Positions 31,365 to 42,705 of a stretch of 64,000 bases of DNA are shown piece after piece. Position 1 is the stretch's first letter, and every line of letters starts with the position of its first letter. The stretch lies in the NCBI GenBank assembly GCA_964482725.1, contig CAYZYT010000002.1, forward strand, positions 74,437 through 138,436. The letters are read 5' to 3'. A program made the position numbers and the translations under genes. The notes under the pieces are model-generated. The model saw only the letters and a list, made by a program, of their open reading frames with translations, was not told the origin of the DNA and made no database searches. Source of the stretch: an uncultured bacterium (GTDB lineage: Bacteria; Omnitrophota; Omnitrophia; Omnitrophales; Aquincolibacteriaceae).

Positions 31365-31862
31365 CTAGCAAGCACCTCCAACTGAAAACTTGTTTTTGAT
31401 ACGGACGGCGACCGGCGCCGGGACATAACGCCGCACATCGCCCCCCAACTGAGCGATCTCTTTGATAAGACGCGAAGAAAGATAAAAAAATGACTCCGAC
31501 GGCATCAAGAACATCGTGTCGATCTTGGGTGCGAGCTTTCGATTCGTCAGGGCCATTTGAAACTCATAATCAAAATCTGAAGTTGCCCGAATGCCCCTAA
31601 TAAGCGTAAAGGCTTTCGCTTTTACGGCAAGATGAACGGTCAGCCCTTCCGAGCTTTCCACTTTGACCTGGGGACGGTGTTTGAGGGCGGCTTTTAAAAA
31701 ACCCACACGCTCCTCCACGGTAAAAAGGGTCTTCTTGGAAGGATTCGAGGCAACGACCACGATCAGTTCGTCAAAAAGGTTCAGCGCCCGTTCGATCAGA
31801 TCCAGATGACCGAACGTAACGGGATCAAAGCTCCCCGGATATATAGCTTTTCGTTTTTTCAT
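31365..31862 (-). CDS. coaD: Phosphopantetheine adenylyltransferase
   Basis: 165 aa; AIYPGSFDPVTFGHLDLIERA (the H/TxGH motif). Confidence 0.92.
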   Translation of the reverse strand: MKKRKAIYPGSFDPVTFGHLDLIERALNLFDELIVVVASNPSKKTLFTVEERVGFLKAALKHRPQVKVESSEGLTVHLAVKAKAFTLIRGIRATSDFDYEFQMALTNRKLAPKIDTMFLMPSESFFYLSSRLIKEIAQLGGDVRRYVPAPVAVRIKNKFSVGGAC

Positions 31863-32424
31863 GAGTTGATTCCAATCGGAAAAAGAATGAAAGGCAGGCT
31901 TGCCCGATCCGTTTTGTACGGACCCATTTGAGGTTCTTCAGCTCGGCATTCGGCAGCTCTTCCCGCCACATATGCCCCACCACCACTTGCGCGAAAGGCA
32001 GGACTATATCAGACGTATCCAGACGCATCAATGTCTTTTTGACGAGACCTTTCATGAAGGGAGGATCCACAAAGATCAGTGAAAATCCCTGCCCGCTTTT
32101 CTCGAGCTTCTTGATGGCCGGAAGCATCTCCATCATAAGGATCGTGCCTTGATTTCTTATGCCGAGACCTGTGAGGTTCTTTTCGATGATCGGTTTGGCC
32201 CACGGTGCCTGGTCGACAAAAGTCGCGCTGATCGCGCCGCGGCTTAAAGATTCCAACCCGAGGCTTCCCGATCCGGCATAAAGGTCCAGGACGTGTTTCC
32301 CGAAGACAAAAGAACCCACGATGTTAAAAAGGGTCTCTTTGGTCCGATCCGTCATGGGACGAGTCAGTTTATTTTTTGGGAAATCGATCTTCCGGGACTT
32401 GAATTTGCCGCTGATAATACGCAT
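31825..32424 (-). CDS. rsmD: 16S rRNA (guanine966-N2)-methyltransferase RsmD-like
   Basis: MRIISGKFKSRKIDFPKN...LDLYAGSGSLGLESLSRGA...FVDPPF. The start at 32424 avoids overlap with recG; the ORF-track start at 32616 lies inside recG. Confidence 0.8.
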   Translation of the reverse strand: MRIISGKFKSRKIDFPKNKLTRPMTDRTKETLFNIVGSFVFGKHVLDLYAGSGSLGLESLSRGAISATFVDQAPWAKPIIEKNLTGLGIRNQGTILMMEMLPAIKKLEKSGQGFSLIFVDPPFMKGLVKKTLMRLDTSDIVLPFAQVVVGHMWREELPNAELKNLKWVRTKRIGQACLSFFFRLESTHEKTKSYISGEL

Positions 32425-32432
32425 GCGATAGT

Positions 32433-34496
32433 TTAATCGGTTTTTGGCATTTGTTCGAGATATTTTTGGACCCACGCGGGAGTTTTTTGAACGGAAGCCC
32501 CCGGAATTCCGGAGATCAATTTTTGAGCTTCCCTCCTTGCCTGGAGCAGAATAGCCTCGTCGGTGATCGGATGCGCGACCCGGAAGAGAGGCTCGCCGGA
32601 TTGACGGCTTCCCCAAAGATCTCCCTGCCCGCGAAGCTTCAAATCCTCGTCCGCGATAAGAAATCCGTCACTCAGTTTCGTGAGAAGCCGGAGACGCATC
32701 TTTCCCTCGTCGGTCGTGGGTTCCCCGAAAAGAAAACACTCCGACTCGAGCGTGCCGCGGCCGATACGCCCCCGCAATTGGTGGAGTTGCGCAAGACCAA
32801 ACCGCTCGGCATTCTCAACGATCATCATCGTCGCATTGGGTTGGTCCACGCCGACCTCAATCACCGAAGTCGCAACGAGAATATCGATCTCATTCCTGGA
32901 AAAGGCGCGCATGATCGATTCCCGCTCCGGGCGATCCAGTTTTCCATGGACCAGTCCCATCCGGAATGACTTAAACGCCGTTTTCCGCAAACGTTCGAAC
33001 TCTTTCTTCGCAGCCAAAAGATCCTTTTTCTCAGTTTCTTCAATAAGCGGAAATACAATATAGGCCTGCTCGCCTTTTTGGATCCGCGTGGCCATGCGAT
33101 CAAAGACCTCGGACTGCTTTTTCCGTGTGATCCAATAAGTCTTGATCGGCTGGCGGCCTTTCGGGAGCTCCTTCATAACCGAAATATCCAGATCCGCGTA
33201 GACCGTTAGCGCCAACGTCCTCGGGATCGGCGTGGCGGTCATCACCAGTTGATGCGGTCGTGGCGTTTTCTGTAAAAGCTGGTTGCGCTGATGCACTCCG
33301 AATTTATGTTGTTCGTCGACCACAAGAAGTCCGAGCCCCTTGAACCGTACGTCCTCCTGTAAAAGCGCGTGTGTGCCGACCACCATGGGAACCTTTCCCT
33401 GCTTGAGCTCCGCGATGAGTCTTGCTCGCTTGTCGGTTTCGGTGCTTTTTGTCAGAAGCTCGGGACGAATGCCTAAGGGTTCCAGAAATTTCAAAAGTGT
33501 CCGGTAATGCTGCTCCGCAAGGATCTCCGTCGGGATGAGAAAAGCTGATTGAAGTCCTGAGCGATGCGCCGCGAGGAACGCGAATGCCGCAACCACCGTC
33601 TTTCCGGACCCCACGTCCCCTTGCAGAAGACGGTTCATCGGGATCGATTGGCCTAGATCCTTGACGAGATCCAGGATCGCTTTTTCCTGACTTTTTGTAA
33701 GCTCAAAGGGCAAGGATCGTTTGAACTCCGTCATGAGCTCGGAGCTTATTTTAAAAACGGAGGCTTGATGCTGGGCTCGGAGGGCTTTAACCTTCAAAAA
33801 AAGCTGCAGTTCAAACGAGAAAAACTCGTCAAACACAATGCGATGTCTCGCTTTTCCGAGCTCCTCGAAAGAACTGGGAAGATGCATCTCCCGAAGGGCC
33901 CGATCGAGCGGCATGAGATTCAATTCACTTCGTAGCTCGGAGGGTAAAACCTCGGTAAGGGCCCCCTCAAGATGATGTTCGAGGGTTTCTTTGAGGGTCG
34001 TCCGGAGGGAACGCTGAAACAGTCCTTCGGTGAGCGGGTAGATGGGCGTAATGCGTCCGGTATGGATGGATTCGGACTCGGCGCTTTCCACGATCTCGAA
34101 TTCCGGATTTGACATCTGGATGTTCTTTTTATAGAGCTCGACCTTGCCGTACAGAATGATTTGTTGGCCGCACTGAAAAAGTTTTTTCAAGTAAGGTTGA
34201 TTGAACCAGACCGCGCGCAAGGTCCCGGCATCATCCCCGATCAAGATCTCGACGAGCGGCATGCCACGAATGGGCTTGAATTTCACATCCATAACTTCGC
34301 CCCGGCAGGTGATGGGCTCATTTAGGGGCAAGTTGTTTAGCGGAGCAAAATGGGATCGGTCTTCGTAGCGACGCGGAAAAAGATAGAGCAGGTCACGAAC
34401 CGAATGGATACCGATCTTCTGGAAAGCAAGGGAACGCGCGGGCCCGACACCCTTGATATAACGCAAAGCTCCGTTTTCCGGCTCGGAGACTTTCAC
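32433..34496 (-). CDS. recG: ATP-dependent DNA helicase RecG
   Basis: 687 aa; N-terminal wedge domain, then helicase motifs GDVGSGKT, DEQHKFG and QLRGRIGRG. Confidence 0.93.
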   Translation of the reverse strand: MKVSEPENGALRYIKGVGPARSLAFQKIGIHSVRDLLYLFPRRYEDRSHFAPLNNLPLNEPITCRGEVMDVKFKPIRGMPLVEILIGDDAGTLRAVWFNQPYLKKLFQCGQQIILYGKVELYKKNIQMSNPEFEIVESAESESIHTGRITPIYPLTEGLFQRSLRTTLKETLEHHLEGALTEVLPSELRSELNLMPLDRALREMHLPSSFEELGKARHRIVFDEFFSFELQLFLKVKALRAQHQASVFKISSELMTEFKRSLPFELTKSQEKAILDLVKDLGQSIPMNRLLQGDVGSGKTVVAAFAFLAAHRSGLQSAFLIPTEILAEQHYRTLLKFLEPLGIRPELLTKSTETDKRARLIAELKQGKVPMVVGTHALLQEDVRFKGLGLLVVDEQHKFGVHQRNQLLQKTPRPHQLVMTATPIPRTLALTVYADLDISVMKELPKGRQPIKTYWITRKKQSEVFDRMATRIQKGEQAYIVFPLIEETEKKDLLAAKKEFERLRKTAFKSFRMGLVHGKLDRPERESIMRAFSRNEIDILVATSVIEVGVDQPNATMMIVENAERFGLAQLHQLRGRIGRGTLESECFLFGEPTTDEGKMRLRLLTKLSDGFLIADEDLKLRGQGDLWGSRQSGEPLFRVAHPITDEAILLQARREAQKLISGIPGASVQKTPAWVQKYLEQMPKTD

Positions 34497-34646
34497 CCCG
34501 TTAGATCTCCACTAAGGTGCAAATTTTTTCAGGGATATTGACGAGAGAGGGTTCCTTGCAACCCGAAAACGTCTCAGATCCTGCTGGGTTCAGAGATCTA
34601 ACGGGGTTCATAAGGTCCGCATCGGGCGGAAGGACCGGAAGTCCGG

Positions 34647-35069
34647 CTAAGGTTTCTTAGCCGCTGCCGCCGCGGAGGCGACGACTTCTTTGTTAAGGGT
34701 TTCCGCAGACTTCACGGCATCCGTTTTTAAGGTCGCCGCATTGGCGGTCTTGTCGGTCTTATTGATCTTAGCAAGCGCTTTCTTGATCTGCTCCACATCC
34801 AGCGACGCCTGCGCGTTCGGGGATTTGAAAAGTGACCGGCTCTTCTGAATCTCGAGGATATTCAGCCCGATGCAGGTAAAAAGAAACAAGATCGCGCAAA
34901 CACTCGTGGCCTTCGTCAGGAACGACGACGCCTTGGTCCCAAAAAGCGACTGGACATTCCCCCCGAAGCTTGCGCCCGTGAGGCCCTGACCTCGACCGGC
35001 CTGGAGCAAAATAACGATGATCAGAACGAGACAAACGATGACGTGAATGCAGACGACAAAAATATTCAT
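34647..35069 (-). CDS. secG: Preprotein translocase subunit SecG (with a low-complexity C-terminal extension)
   Basis: The N-terminus MNIFVVCIHVIVCLVLIIVILLQAGRGQGLTGASFGG matches the SecG LLQ..G.G motif. The Ala/Lys-rich tail is atypical. Confidence 0.78.
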   Translation of the reverse strand: MNIFVVCIHVIVCLVLIIVILLQAGRGQGLTGASFGGNVQSLFGTKASSFLTKATSVCAILFLFTCIGLNILEIQKSRSLFKSPNAQASLDVEQIKKALAKINKTDKTANAATLKTDAVKSAETLNKEVVASAAAAAKKP

Positions 35070-35851
35070 GACTGGTTCCCCGATTCGTATGTTTGTTGAG
35101 CTTCTTGGATGATCTGGGCGAACGATTCTGCCTTGAGGGAAGCCCCGCCGACCAGCGCGCCATCAATATTGGGCTTTTCCATCAGGGATTTTGTATTGTC
35201 CGGTTTGACGCTCCCCCCGTAGAGAATGGGAATGCGGTTCCCCACCTCTTGGCTGTAACGCTCGTTGAGGAGCCGGCGAATGTACGAATGCATCTGCTCG
35301 GCCTGGTCCGGGGTCGCGGTCTTCCCCGTGCCGATCGCCCACACGGGCTCATAGGCGATCACGACTTTGGCGATATCCTCTTTTTCAAGATGCCCGAGCG
35401 ATTCGTCGAATTGCGTTTTGACCACGTCAAAATGTTTTTTCGAATCTCTTTCCACAAGCGTTTCGCCGACACACACGATCGGGATAATGCTGTATTTAAG
35501 TGCGGTTTTCACTTTCTCATGGATCAGGATATCGTCCTCTTTAAAGTATTGACGGCGTTCGGAATGCCCGAGGATCACATACCGGCAACCGCTATCCTTG
35601 AGCATCGTCGGCGAGATCTCGCCCGTGAACGCGCCCTCCGGAGCGCAATACATGTTCTGGGCACCCAGATCGATCGAGGTATCCTTCAGGACCTTGGAAA
35701 CTTCGCTCAGGGCGGTAAAGGGCGGACAGATCACGATCGTGACATTCGAAACGGTATGTGCCGCCGCTTTGAGTGTCTGAACAAGGGTCACAGCTTCGGA
35801 GGCCGTCTTGTACATTTTCCAGTTTCCGGCAATCAAGGGTCTTTTTTTCAT
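35066..35851 (-). CDS. tpiA: Triosephosphate isomerase
   Basis: 261 aa; AGNWKM...ILGHSERR...AYEPVWAIGTG. Confidence 0.95.
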   Translation of the reverse strand: MKKRPLIAGNWKMYKTASEAVTLVQTLKAAAHTVSNVTIVICPPFTALSEVSKVLKDTSIDLGAQNMYCAPEGAFTGEISPTMLKDSGCRYVILGHSERRQYFKEDDILIHEKVKTALKYSIIPIVCVGETLVERDSKKHFDVVKTQFDESLGHLEKEDIAKVVIAYEPVWAIGTGKTATPDQAEQMHSYIRRLLNERYSQEVGNRIPILYGGSVKPDNTKSLMEKPNIDGALVGGASLKAESFAQIIQEAQQTYESGNQS

Positions 35852-35908
35852 AAGGTCCGCTCTTTCCGTTAGTTTTCTTGTACTGTTAACCTTAAAATTG
35901 AATTAGGA

Positions 35909-37174
35909 TCAGGGCTTGTCAAGAAGTGCGGCCACACCCGGCAACACTTTACCTTCCACAAGCTCAAGCGATGCCCCGCCGCCTGTGGAAATATGAGAGA
36001 TCTTCGGCCCCACACCGGATTTATTCACCGCAGCGACCGAGTCCCCGCCTCCGATAACGGTCACGCAATCCGGAAGTTCCGAGATCGCTTTCGCGATGGC
36101 CATGGTGCCGTTGGCGAATCTTGGGAATTCGAATACGCCGACCGGGCCGTTCCAGAAAACTGTCTTGGCGCCCTTGAGAGCACCCTTGAATTTGTCGACC
36201 GTGAGCGGACCGATATCCATCCCCATTTGATCGGAATCAATATTCCCGCGGGCGACATGTTCTGAGGGTGCGTCTGCCGAGAACTCCTTCGTGACAATAT
36301 GATCGATCGGAAGGTAAATATAAATATGGGTTTCATAGGCTTTTTGGAGGATTTGCCGGGCCGTATCGAGCATATCATCTTCCACAAGCGAGGCTCCGAC
36401 CGAAAGCCCCTTCGCCTTGAGGAACGTGTAGGCCATACCGCCGCCCACAATGAGACGGTCGACTCTCCCGAGCAGGCTTTCCAGTACCGCGATCTTGGAC
36501 GAAACTTTAGCGCCGCCAATAATCGCGACAAAAGGACGCGCGGGATTATTGACGATTTTATCGACAAGATAGTCCAGTTCTTTTTCCATCAGGAATCCTG
36601 CGACCGCCGGCAAATATTTCGCGACCGTTTCAGTCGAAGCATGAGCGCGATGCGCGGAGCCAAAGGCGTCGTTGACAAAGATATCGCCATACTGCGCCAG
36701 CGCTTTGGCCAACACGTCACGTTCTGCCACGTCCTTGGAAGTTTCTTCTTTATGAAAACGGGTATTCTCGAGCATCAAAATGCCGCCCGGAGGGATCGCC
36801 TTGACCATCGCTTCGGTTTCGGGCCCCATGCAGGCGGGAGCGAGCTTTACTTCTTTCCCGAGAAGCTGGGCCAGTTTCGCGGCGACCGGCGCCATCTTGA
36901 ATTTACCCTCCATGAATTTTTTCTCATCGAACGGCTTACCGTCCTTGTCCGCTTTTTCCTTGGCTTTTTGCGTGTCCTTCTTGGGATCCCCGAGATGGGA
37001 CATCAAGACCAGGCTCTTCGCGCCCTGATCAAGCACATACTTGATCGTGGGTAAGGCAGCCTTAATACGGGTATCATCCTGCACAACCCCGTCTTTCATC
37101 GGCACGTTAAAATCCACGCGCATGAGGATTCGCTTTCCGCGGACATCAATATCTCTGACTGTTTTCTTCTTCAT
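35909..37174 (-). CDS. pgk: Phosphoglycerate kinase
   Basis: 421 aa; RVDFNVP...; [12 protein letters not shown] at the C-terminus. Confidence 0.96.
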   Translation of the reverse strand: MKKKTVRDIDVRGKRILMRVDFNVPMKDGVVQDDTRIKAALPTIKYVLDQGAKSLVLMSHLGDPKKDTQKAKEKADKDGKPFDEKKFMEGKFKMAPVAAKLAQLLGKEVKLAPACMGPETEAMVKAIPPGGILMLENTRFHKEETSKDVAERDVLAKALAQYGDIFVNDAFGSAHRAHASTETVAKYLPAVAGFLMEKELDYLVDKIVNNPARPFVAIIGGAKVSSKIAVLESLLGRVDRLIVGGGMAYTFLKAKGLSVGASLVEDDMLDTARQILQKAYETHIYIYLPIDHIVTKEFSADAPSEHVARGNIDSDQMGMDIGPLTVDKFKGALKGAKTVFWNGPVGVFEFPRFANGTMAIAKAISELPDCVTVIGGGDSVAAVNKSGVGPKISHISTGGGASLELVEGKVLPGVAALLDKP

Positions 37175-37195
37175 GATTTTCCTTTATGCTTCGCC

Positions 37196-37240
37196 GTCAT
37201 TCTGAGCCCCGAAGAGGGCGAAGAATCCCGCGCGAGATCC
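37196..37240. repeat. Monomer copy of the R2 repeat family (GTCATTCTGAGCCCCGAAGAGGGCGAAGAATC...) in the pgk-gap spacer
   Basis: It matches the inverted-dimer copies at 63200-63269 and 61657-61723 (GTCATCCTGAGCC...GGCTCAGAATGAC). Confidence 0.5.
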
Positions 37241-37243
37241 TTC

Positions 37244-38405
<1,162 letters not shown>

Positions 38406-38517
38406 TTACGGTGGGAAACATGTCAAATTCCTGCTAAGACTGCCTTACGATTGACTTTATGGGATTGATTGGTATTGCGACCGTGAACCCGTAAAATCAC
38501 AAATGAGAAACGGCGCT

Positions 38518-38545
38518 AATTATAAGCGCGCGACGTCGAGTGTCA
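38518..38545 (-). promoter_or_regulatory. Near-consensus sigma70 promoter for the gap-pgk-tpiA-secG operon
   Basis: Minus-strand TTGACA (38540-38545), 16-bp spacer, TATAAT (38518-38523). It lies about 155 nt upstream of the gap ATG, which has an AGGAGG RBS. Confidence 0.4.
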
Positions 38546-38598
38546 AGGAATTCTACTGAGGAAAACCCTCCGGAGGCTACCGCTCGCCCCCGGATTTA

Positions 38599-40545
38599 TT
38601 AGGTCGGCACAGTAAAATAGAAACGCGAACCTTTTCCAAGTTCGCTTTCGACCCAGACGCGTCCGCCATGCAGCTCCACGATGGCTTTCGAGATCGAAAG
38701 TCCGAGCCCCGTTCCCTTCTGCTTCAGCTCTTGAGCCTTGCTGAACTGTTGGAATTTCCCGAAGACCTTGGACAGGTTCTCGGGGGCGATGCCCACGCCG
38801 GTGTCCTCGACGCAACATTCGAATTCCGATCCTTTTTGATCGACACGCACCAGAATACGGCCGCTCTCTGTGAATTTCAGGGCATTCCCGATCAGGTTGG
38901 TCAACACTTGGATGAGACGATCGCCATCCGCCTCGACCGTCGTGGCTTGACAAATAATCTCATCTTGAAGCTCGATCTTCCTGTTTTCCGCCTGACTCTT
39001 GTACAATTCTAAAACCTTCCGGGTGAGCTCCCGCAGGTCGACCGTTTGTTTATGGAGCTCCATTTTTCCGGCCTCGATCTTGGAAACATCCTGCAGATCC
39101 TTGATGATATGGATGAGCCGATCGATCGCCTCTTTCCCGATACGAAGGAATTGGCGTTGCTTCTCGGTCACGGGCCCCAAAATCTCATCCTGCATCATCT
39201 GGATCGATTCTCCGGTGACCAGAAGAGGATTCCTGAGTTCATGCGAGACCATGGACACAAATTCACTTTTGATCTCATTCATACGATGAAGGACTTCATT
39301 GCGTTCTTGAAGCGCTTCTTCAGCCCTTCGCAAAAGAACGAGCTCTTTTTTCTCGGAGATGTCGTAGAGCATACCTTGGTAGCCGTCCACTTCTCCGTGG
39401 GCGTCCTTGGTGAACGTAGAAAAAAGCGTGACGAAGATCTCGTTCGCACGCGCCGTCCTGAGAGACATTTCTTTAATCTCCACGCCCCCGCGGCTTTTCA
39501 ATTCATCAAAGAATTTCTTTCGATCGTCCTCACGGGTCCAGAATGCGTCCGGAAGAAAAGGATGATTGATGATCTTCCAAGGGTCCTCCACCTCCAGGAG
39601 TTTCAGAAACGCCGGATTCGCGTAGTTCACCACGCCTGCCAGGTCCAACGTAAAAACCCCGTGCGTTGCGCTTTCAAGCCAGTGCTTATTCAGGCCTTCT
39701 TCATCTTCCAGCTTTCGGCGGACTGCGCGAAAAATGTCGGTTTGGGTCACGATCCCCAGAAGTTGTTTTCCGTCCATCACCACAAGATGACGAATGTGCT
39801 TTTCATCAATGAGGCGGGTCGCGTTGTAGATACTGCAATCCGGCGGCACACTGATCACCGTCCCCGACATGATCTCATCCACAGCGATGAGCGATGGATC
39901 CTTTCCCCGCGCCACGATTTTCTTAAAAAGATCCCGCTCCGTAAAGATCCCCACGGCATCCGAGCCTTCCATGACGAGCATGCAGGAGATGTTTCGATCC
40001 GCCATGATCTGTGCGGCATCGACCACTCGGGCCCCTCGAGCGATGCCGGCCACATCGCAGATCATGATCTCCCCGACACTGCGCCACATCCCGTAAGAGG
40101 CCAGCGCTTGCGTCAGGTCGGTCAAGGTCACGATGCCGATCAATCGACCCTCTTGAAGAACCGGCAAACGTTTGATCTGTTTGGAATCCATCATGCGGCT
40201 AGCATCAAGAATGGAAAGGTTGGGTGCGGCAAAAACGACCGGGGTGGTCATCACGTCCGCAACCGTCGGCACGCTTGAATGACTCTGGGCGACGACTTTT
40301 TTCAGCATGTCGCGTTCGCTCAGGATCCCTAGAACCTGTCCCGTAGGATCCGTCACTAAAATACAGGAAACATTTTTCTCGGTCATCCGCTGTGCCGCAT
40401 CCACGACAGTCGCTCCGGGTGAAATGGTCAGAACGTCCCGGATCATAACATCCTGCAATTGAAGCCATGGCCGGGAGGATTTCAAAGAATGTTTAGGCAG
40501 CGTAGCACCTTCGCTCATCTCGGGTGGAGTGATCTCTTCAGTCAT
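38599..40545 (-). CDS. Multi-sensor histidine kinase: 4 CBS domains + PAS + HisKA + HATPase_c
   Basis: Two CBS pairs (RDVLTISPGATVVDAAQRM..., CDVAGIARGARVVDAAQIM...). The H-box is VSMVSHELRNPL; N, G1 and G2 boxes are present (LIGNALKFT, DTGVGI, GTGLGLSISK). The likely start is MTEEITPP at 40545, one nt after the fmt TGA; the ORF-track start at 40581 overlaps fmt. Confidence 0.8.
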   Translation of the reverse strand: MTEEITPPEMSEGATLPKHSLKSSRPWLQLQDVMIRDVLTISPGATVVDAAQRMTEKNVSCILVTDPTGQVLGILSERDMLKKVVAQSHSSVPTVADVMTTPVVFAAPNLSILDASRMMDSKQIKRLPVLQEGRLIGIVTLTDLTQALASYGMWRSVGEIMICDVAGIARGARVVDAAQIMADRNISCMLVMEGSDAVGIFTERDLFKKIVARGKDPSLIAVDEIMSGTVISVPPDCSIYNATRLIDEKHIRHLVVMDGKQLLGIVTQTDIFRAVRRKLEDEEGLNKHWLESATHGVFTLDLAGVVNYANPAFLKLLEVEDPWKIINHPFLPDAFWTREDDRKKFFDELKSRGGVEIKEMSLRTARANEIFVTLFSTFTKDAHGEVDGYQGMLYDISEKKELVLLRRAEEALQERNEVLHRMNEIKSEFVSMVSHELRNPLLVTGESIQMMQDEILGPVTEKQRQFLRIGKEAIDRLIHIIKDLQDVSKIEAGKMELHKQTVDLRELTRKVLELYKSQAENRKIELQDEIICQATTVEADGDRLIQVLTNLIGNALKFTESGRILVRVDQKGSEFECCVEDTGVGIAPENLSKVFGKFQQFSKAQELKQKGTGLGLSISKAIVELHGGRVWVESELGKGSRFYFTVPT

Positions 40546-40546
40546 A

Positions 40547-41563
40547 TCAGGAATCCCTTTCTTGGAGTATCGCGCCCACAACGAAGCGCCTTCCCCGGGA
40601 AAAATCGGCAGCGGTCATGGCATTTTTTCCTTCGGGTTTAACTTTAAGGATCTTGAGGATGCCTTTTTGAGTTGCGACCTGGATGCCACCGTCTTTTTCT
40701 ATCGCAAGAAGTGTTCCGGGTTTTTCTCCTTCGTCCTCCTGAACCGCTTGGAGGGGAAGGATCTCCCCTTGCGGCCTCTCCGATTCTTCGCCTTGCTCAG
40801 AATGACGAAGCGAAGGAAGATCCGTTTCAAGGATCGCGATCCGTTCATTTTTTATGAAACAATAAGCCCCCGGCCAGGGTTGAAGTCCGCGGACTTTTCG
40901 GTCCATGGCTTCGGCGGTCATGGTGGTCAACGAAAGTTCCCCGTCCTGCTTGGAAAGCTGGGGGGCGAGCGTAGCTTCCGATTCATTTTGCGGGATGCCC
41001 CGAAGCTTTCCCTCCTGGACTTCTGTGAGGACTTTTTTGAGGAGCCCATAAGAAAAACGAGCCAGCTCCGAGGTGAGCTGGACGGCATCGGTTCGAGGAT
41101 CGATCGAGATCCTCTCCTGGCAATAAATGTCACCGCTATCAAGCTTCTCGGCAACATCGATGATGCTCACGCCGGTCTCCCTGTCCCCGTTCAGGATCGG
41201 CCAGTGGATCGGCGCCGCGCCGCGATATTTCGGTAAAAGCGACGGGTGAACATTCAGACGATATTTTGGGATCTCAAGTAAATGGCCCGGAATGAGTTTT
41301 CCGTACGAAGCCACGACAAAAATGTCAGGCCGTAAGGCGAGCAAATCGATGGACACCTTAGCGTCGCGGAGCTTCGGATATTCGATGACGGGAAGCTTTT
41401 TTGTTTGGCAATAATCAAAGATCTCGCTCGACTCCAGCTTGAGGCCGCGCCCTTTCTTTTGGGGAGGCGTGGTGATAACAAGCGCGAGCTCCATGCCGGA
41501 ATGCAGACAGGCTTCAAGCGCTTTGACCGAGAACGCGTCGGATCCGAAAAAGACGATCTTCAC
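40547..41563 (-). CDS. fmt: Methionyl-tRNA formyltransferase
   Basis: KIVFFGSDAFSVKALEACLHSG...VITTPPQKKGRG...; the HPSLLPKYRGAAPI motif. A probable GTG start at 41563 is followed directly by the conserved (M)KIVFFG N-terminus. The preceding roughly 45 aa of the ORF track is low-complexity and probably not translated. Confidence 0.83.
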   Translation of the reverse strand: MKIVFFGSDAFSVKALEACLHSGMELALVITTPPQKKGRGLKLESSEIFDYCQTKKLPVIEYPKLRDAKVSIDLLALRPDIFVVASYGKLIPGHLLEIPKYRLNVHPSLLPKYRGAAPIHWPILNGDRETGVSIIDVAEKLDSGDIYCQERISIDPRTDAVQLTSELARFSYGLLKKVLTEVQEGKLRGIPQNESEATLAPQLSKQDGELSLTTMTAEAMDRKVRGLQPWPGAYCFIKNERIAILETDLPSLRHSEQGEESERPQGEILPLQAVQEDEGEKPGTLLAIEKDGGIQVATQKGILKILKVKPEGKNAMTAADFSRGRRFVVGAILQERDS

Positions 41564-41657
41564 GATAAGGCCATGCGTAAATTCGAAATAAATTTCAACG
41601 TTTGAAACATTCGCATTGGAGTCATTGGAATTTCGTTCCGGGTTTCGAGATTCGGAT

Positions 41658-42173
41658 TTAGAGTTTCGATGTGCCCCTGGCAGTGATGGCCGATTCATAT
41701 TGCGCGAGAAGCTTTTCGCGCTTGGCGCCTTTAAAGTGATCGATCAGAAGGATCCCGTTCAGATGGTCCATTTCGTGCTGGATAACGCGGGCAAAAAAAT
41801 CCTCGACCTCGACCGTGTATTTTTTTCCGTAACGGTCCTGAAAAGTTAGCCGGAGCTGGGTCGCGCGGACGATCTCGCCCGAGATACCGGGAAAGCTCAA
41901 GCAACCTTCGGCCGCGACCGAGGTCCCTGACTTTTTTTCGATCACGGCATTCACCATGATATGTTCTTCGCCGTGGCGCAAGGTCGGGCAGGCGATGAAT
42001 ATTTGCTGGGAGATCCCGATCTGGGGCGCGGCGAGGCCCACACCGTCGGACGCATGCATGGTCGTGATCATGTCGTCAAATAGCTTCTGCATCGCAGGCC
42101 CGAAATCGGTCGCCGGAGCCGCTTTTTTCTTAAGGACAGGATCGGGATAAGTTCGTATCTTAAGCTTCGCCAT
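41658..42173 (-). CDS. def: Peptide deformylase
   Basis: 171 aa; GVGLAAPQIG, EGCLSFPG and QHEMDHLNG motifs. Confidence 0.93.
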   Translation of the reverse strand: MAKLKIRTYPDPVLKKKAAPATDFGPAMQKLFDDMITTMHASDGVGLAAPQIGISQQIFIACPTLRHGEEHIMVNAVIEKKSGTSVAAEGCLSFPGISGEIVRATQLRLTFQDRYGKKYTVEVEDFFARVIQHEMDHLNGILLIDHFKGAKREKLLAQYESAITARGTSKL

Positions 42174-42320
42174 AATTCACCTTGGTTGAAAAAAAAGCCT
42201 GGGTGCCAGACGAGAAAAATTATAACATACTTACAGCGATAAGGGGAAAGGGGTAAGTGTTAAGTTCGAAAGATCGTCTTATTTAGAACCGTTCGAAGAA
42301 TTCTCACCGAAAGGATCGTT

Positions 42321-42557
42321 ATGAACAAAAGCGAAATGTTGCGTTTTGTGAATCTGCCCCTGGCGTTCTCGTTTCTCATCCAGACCGGGACAGCCCTGCT
42401 CATTCTCTCGGAGATCAAGCTTCCGAACAAAGACCTGCTTTTCGGGATCCACGAATATAACGGCCTCGCGTTGATCGCGCTCATCGCGGCGCATATCTTC
42501 CTGAACTGGAGCTGGATCCGCGTGACGTTCTTCCCCGCCAGGAAAAAGCCCGCTTAA
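42321..42557 (+). CDS. Hypothetical small two-helix membrane protein (the only plausible plus-strand gene in the window)
   Basis: 78 aa, AAAGGA RBS 6 nt upstream of the ATG, two hydrophobic segments. Its 3' end (CGCGTGACGTTCTTCCCCGCCAG) is duplicated about 150 bp downstream. Confidence 0.35.
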   Translation: MNKSEMLRFVNLPLAFSFLIQTGTALLILSEIKLPNKDLLFGIHEYNGLALIALIAAHIFLNWSWIRVTFFPARKKPA

Positions 42558-42596
42558 GCTACCTGAGCCCTGCAAATGAGAATTCGTATTCTTACC

Positions 42597-42622
42597 GTAG
42601 GGCAGGTTTAAACCTGCCCTAC
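42597..42622. other. Strong hairpin GTAGGGCAGG-TTTAAA-CCTGCCCTAC between the two copies of the duplicated ORF 3' end
   Basis: Seen directly: a 10-bp perfect stem. Confidence 0.3.
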
Positions 42623-42705
42623 AGGGCGAAATAACACTCGACTTAATGAAATGACGTACCGGCTCCGCGTCACGTTCTTCCCCGCCAGAAAAAAACGCTG
42701 CGAAA

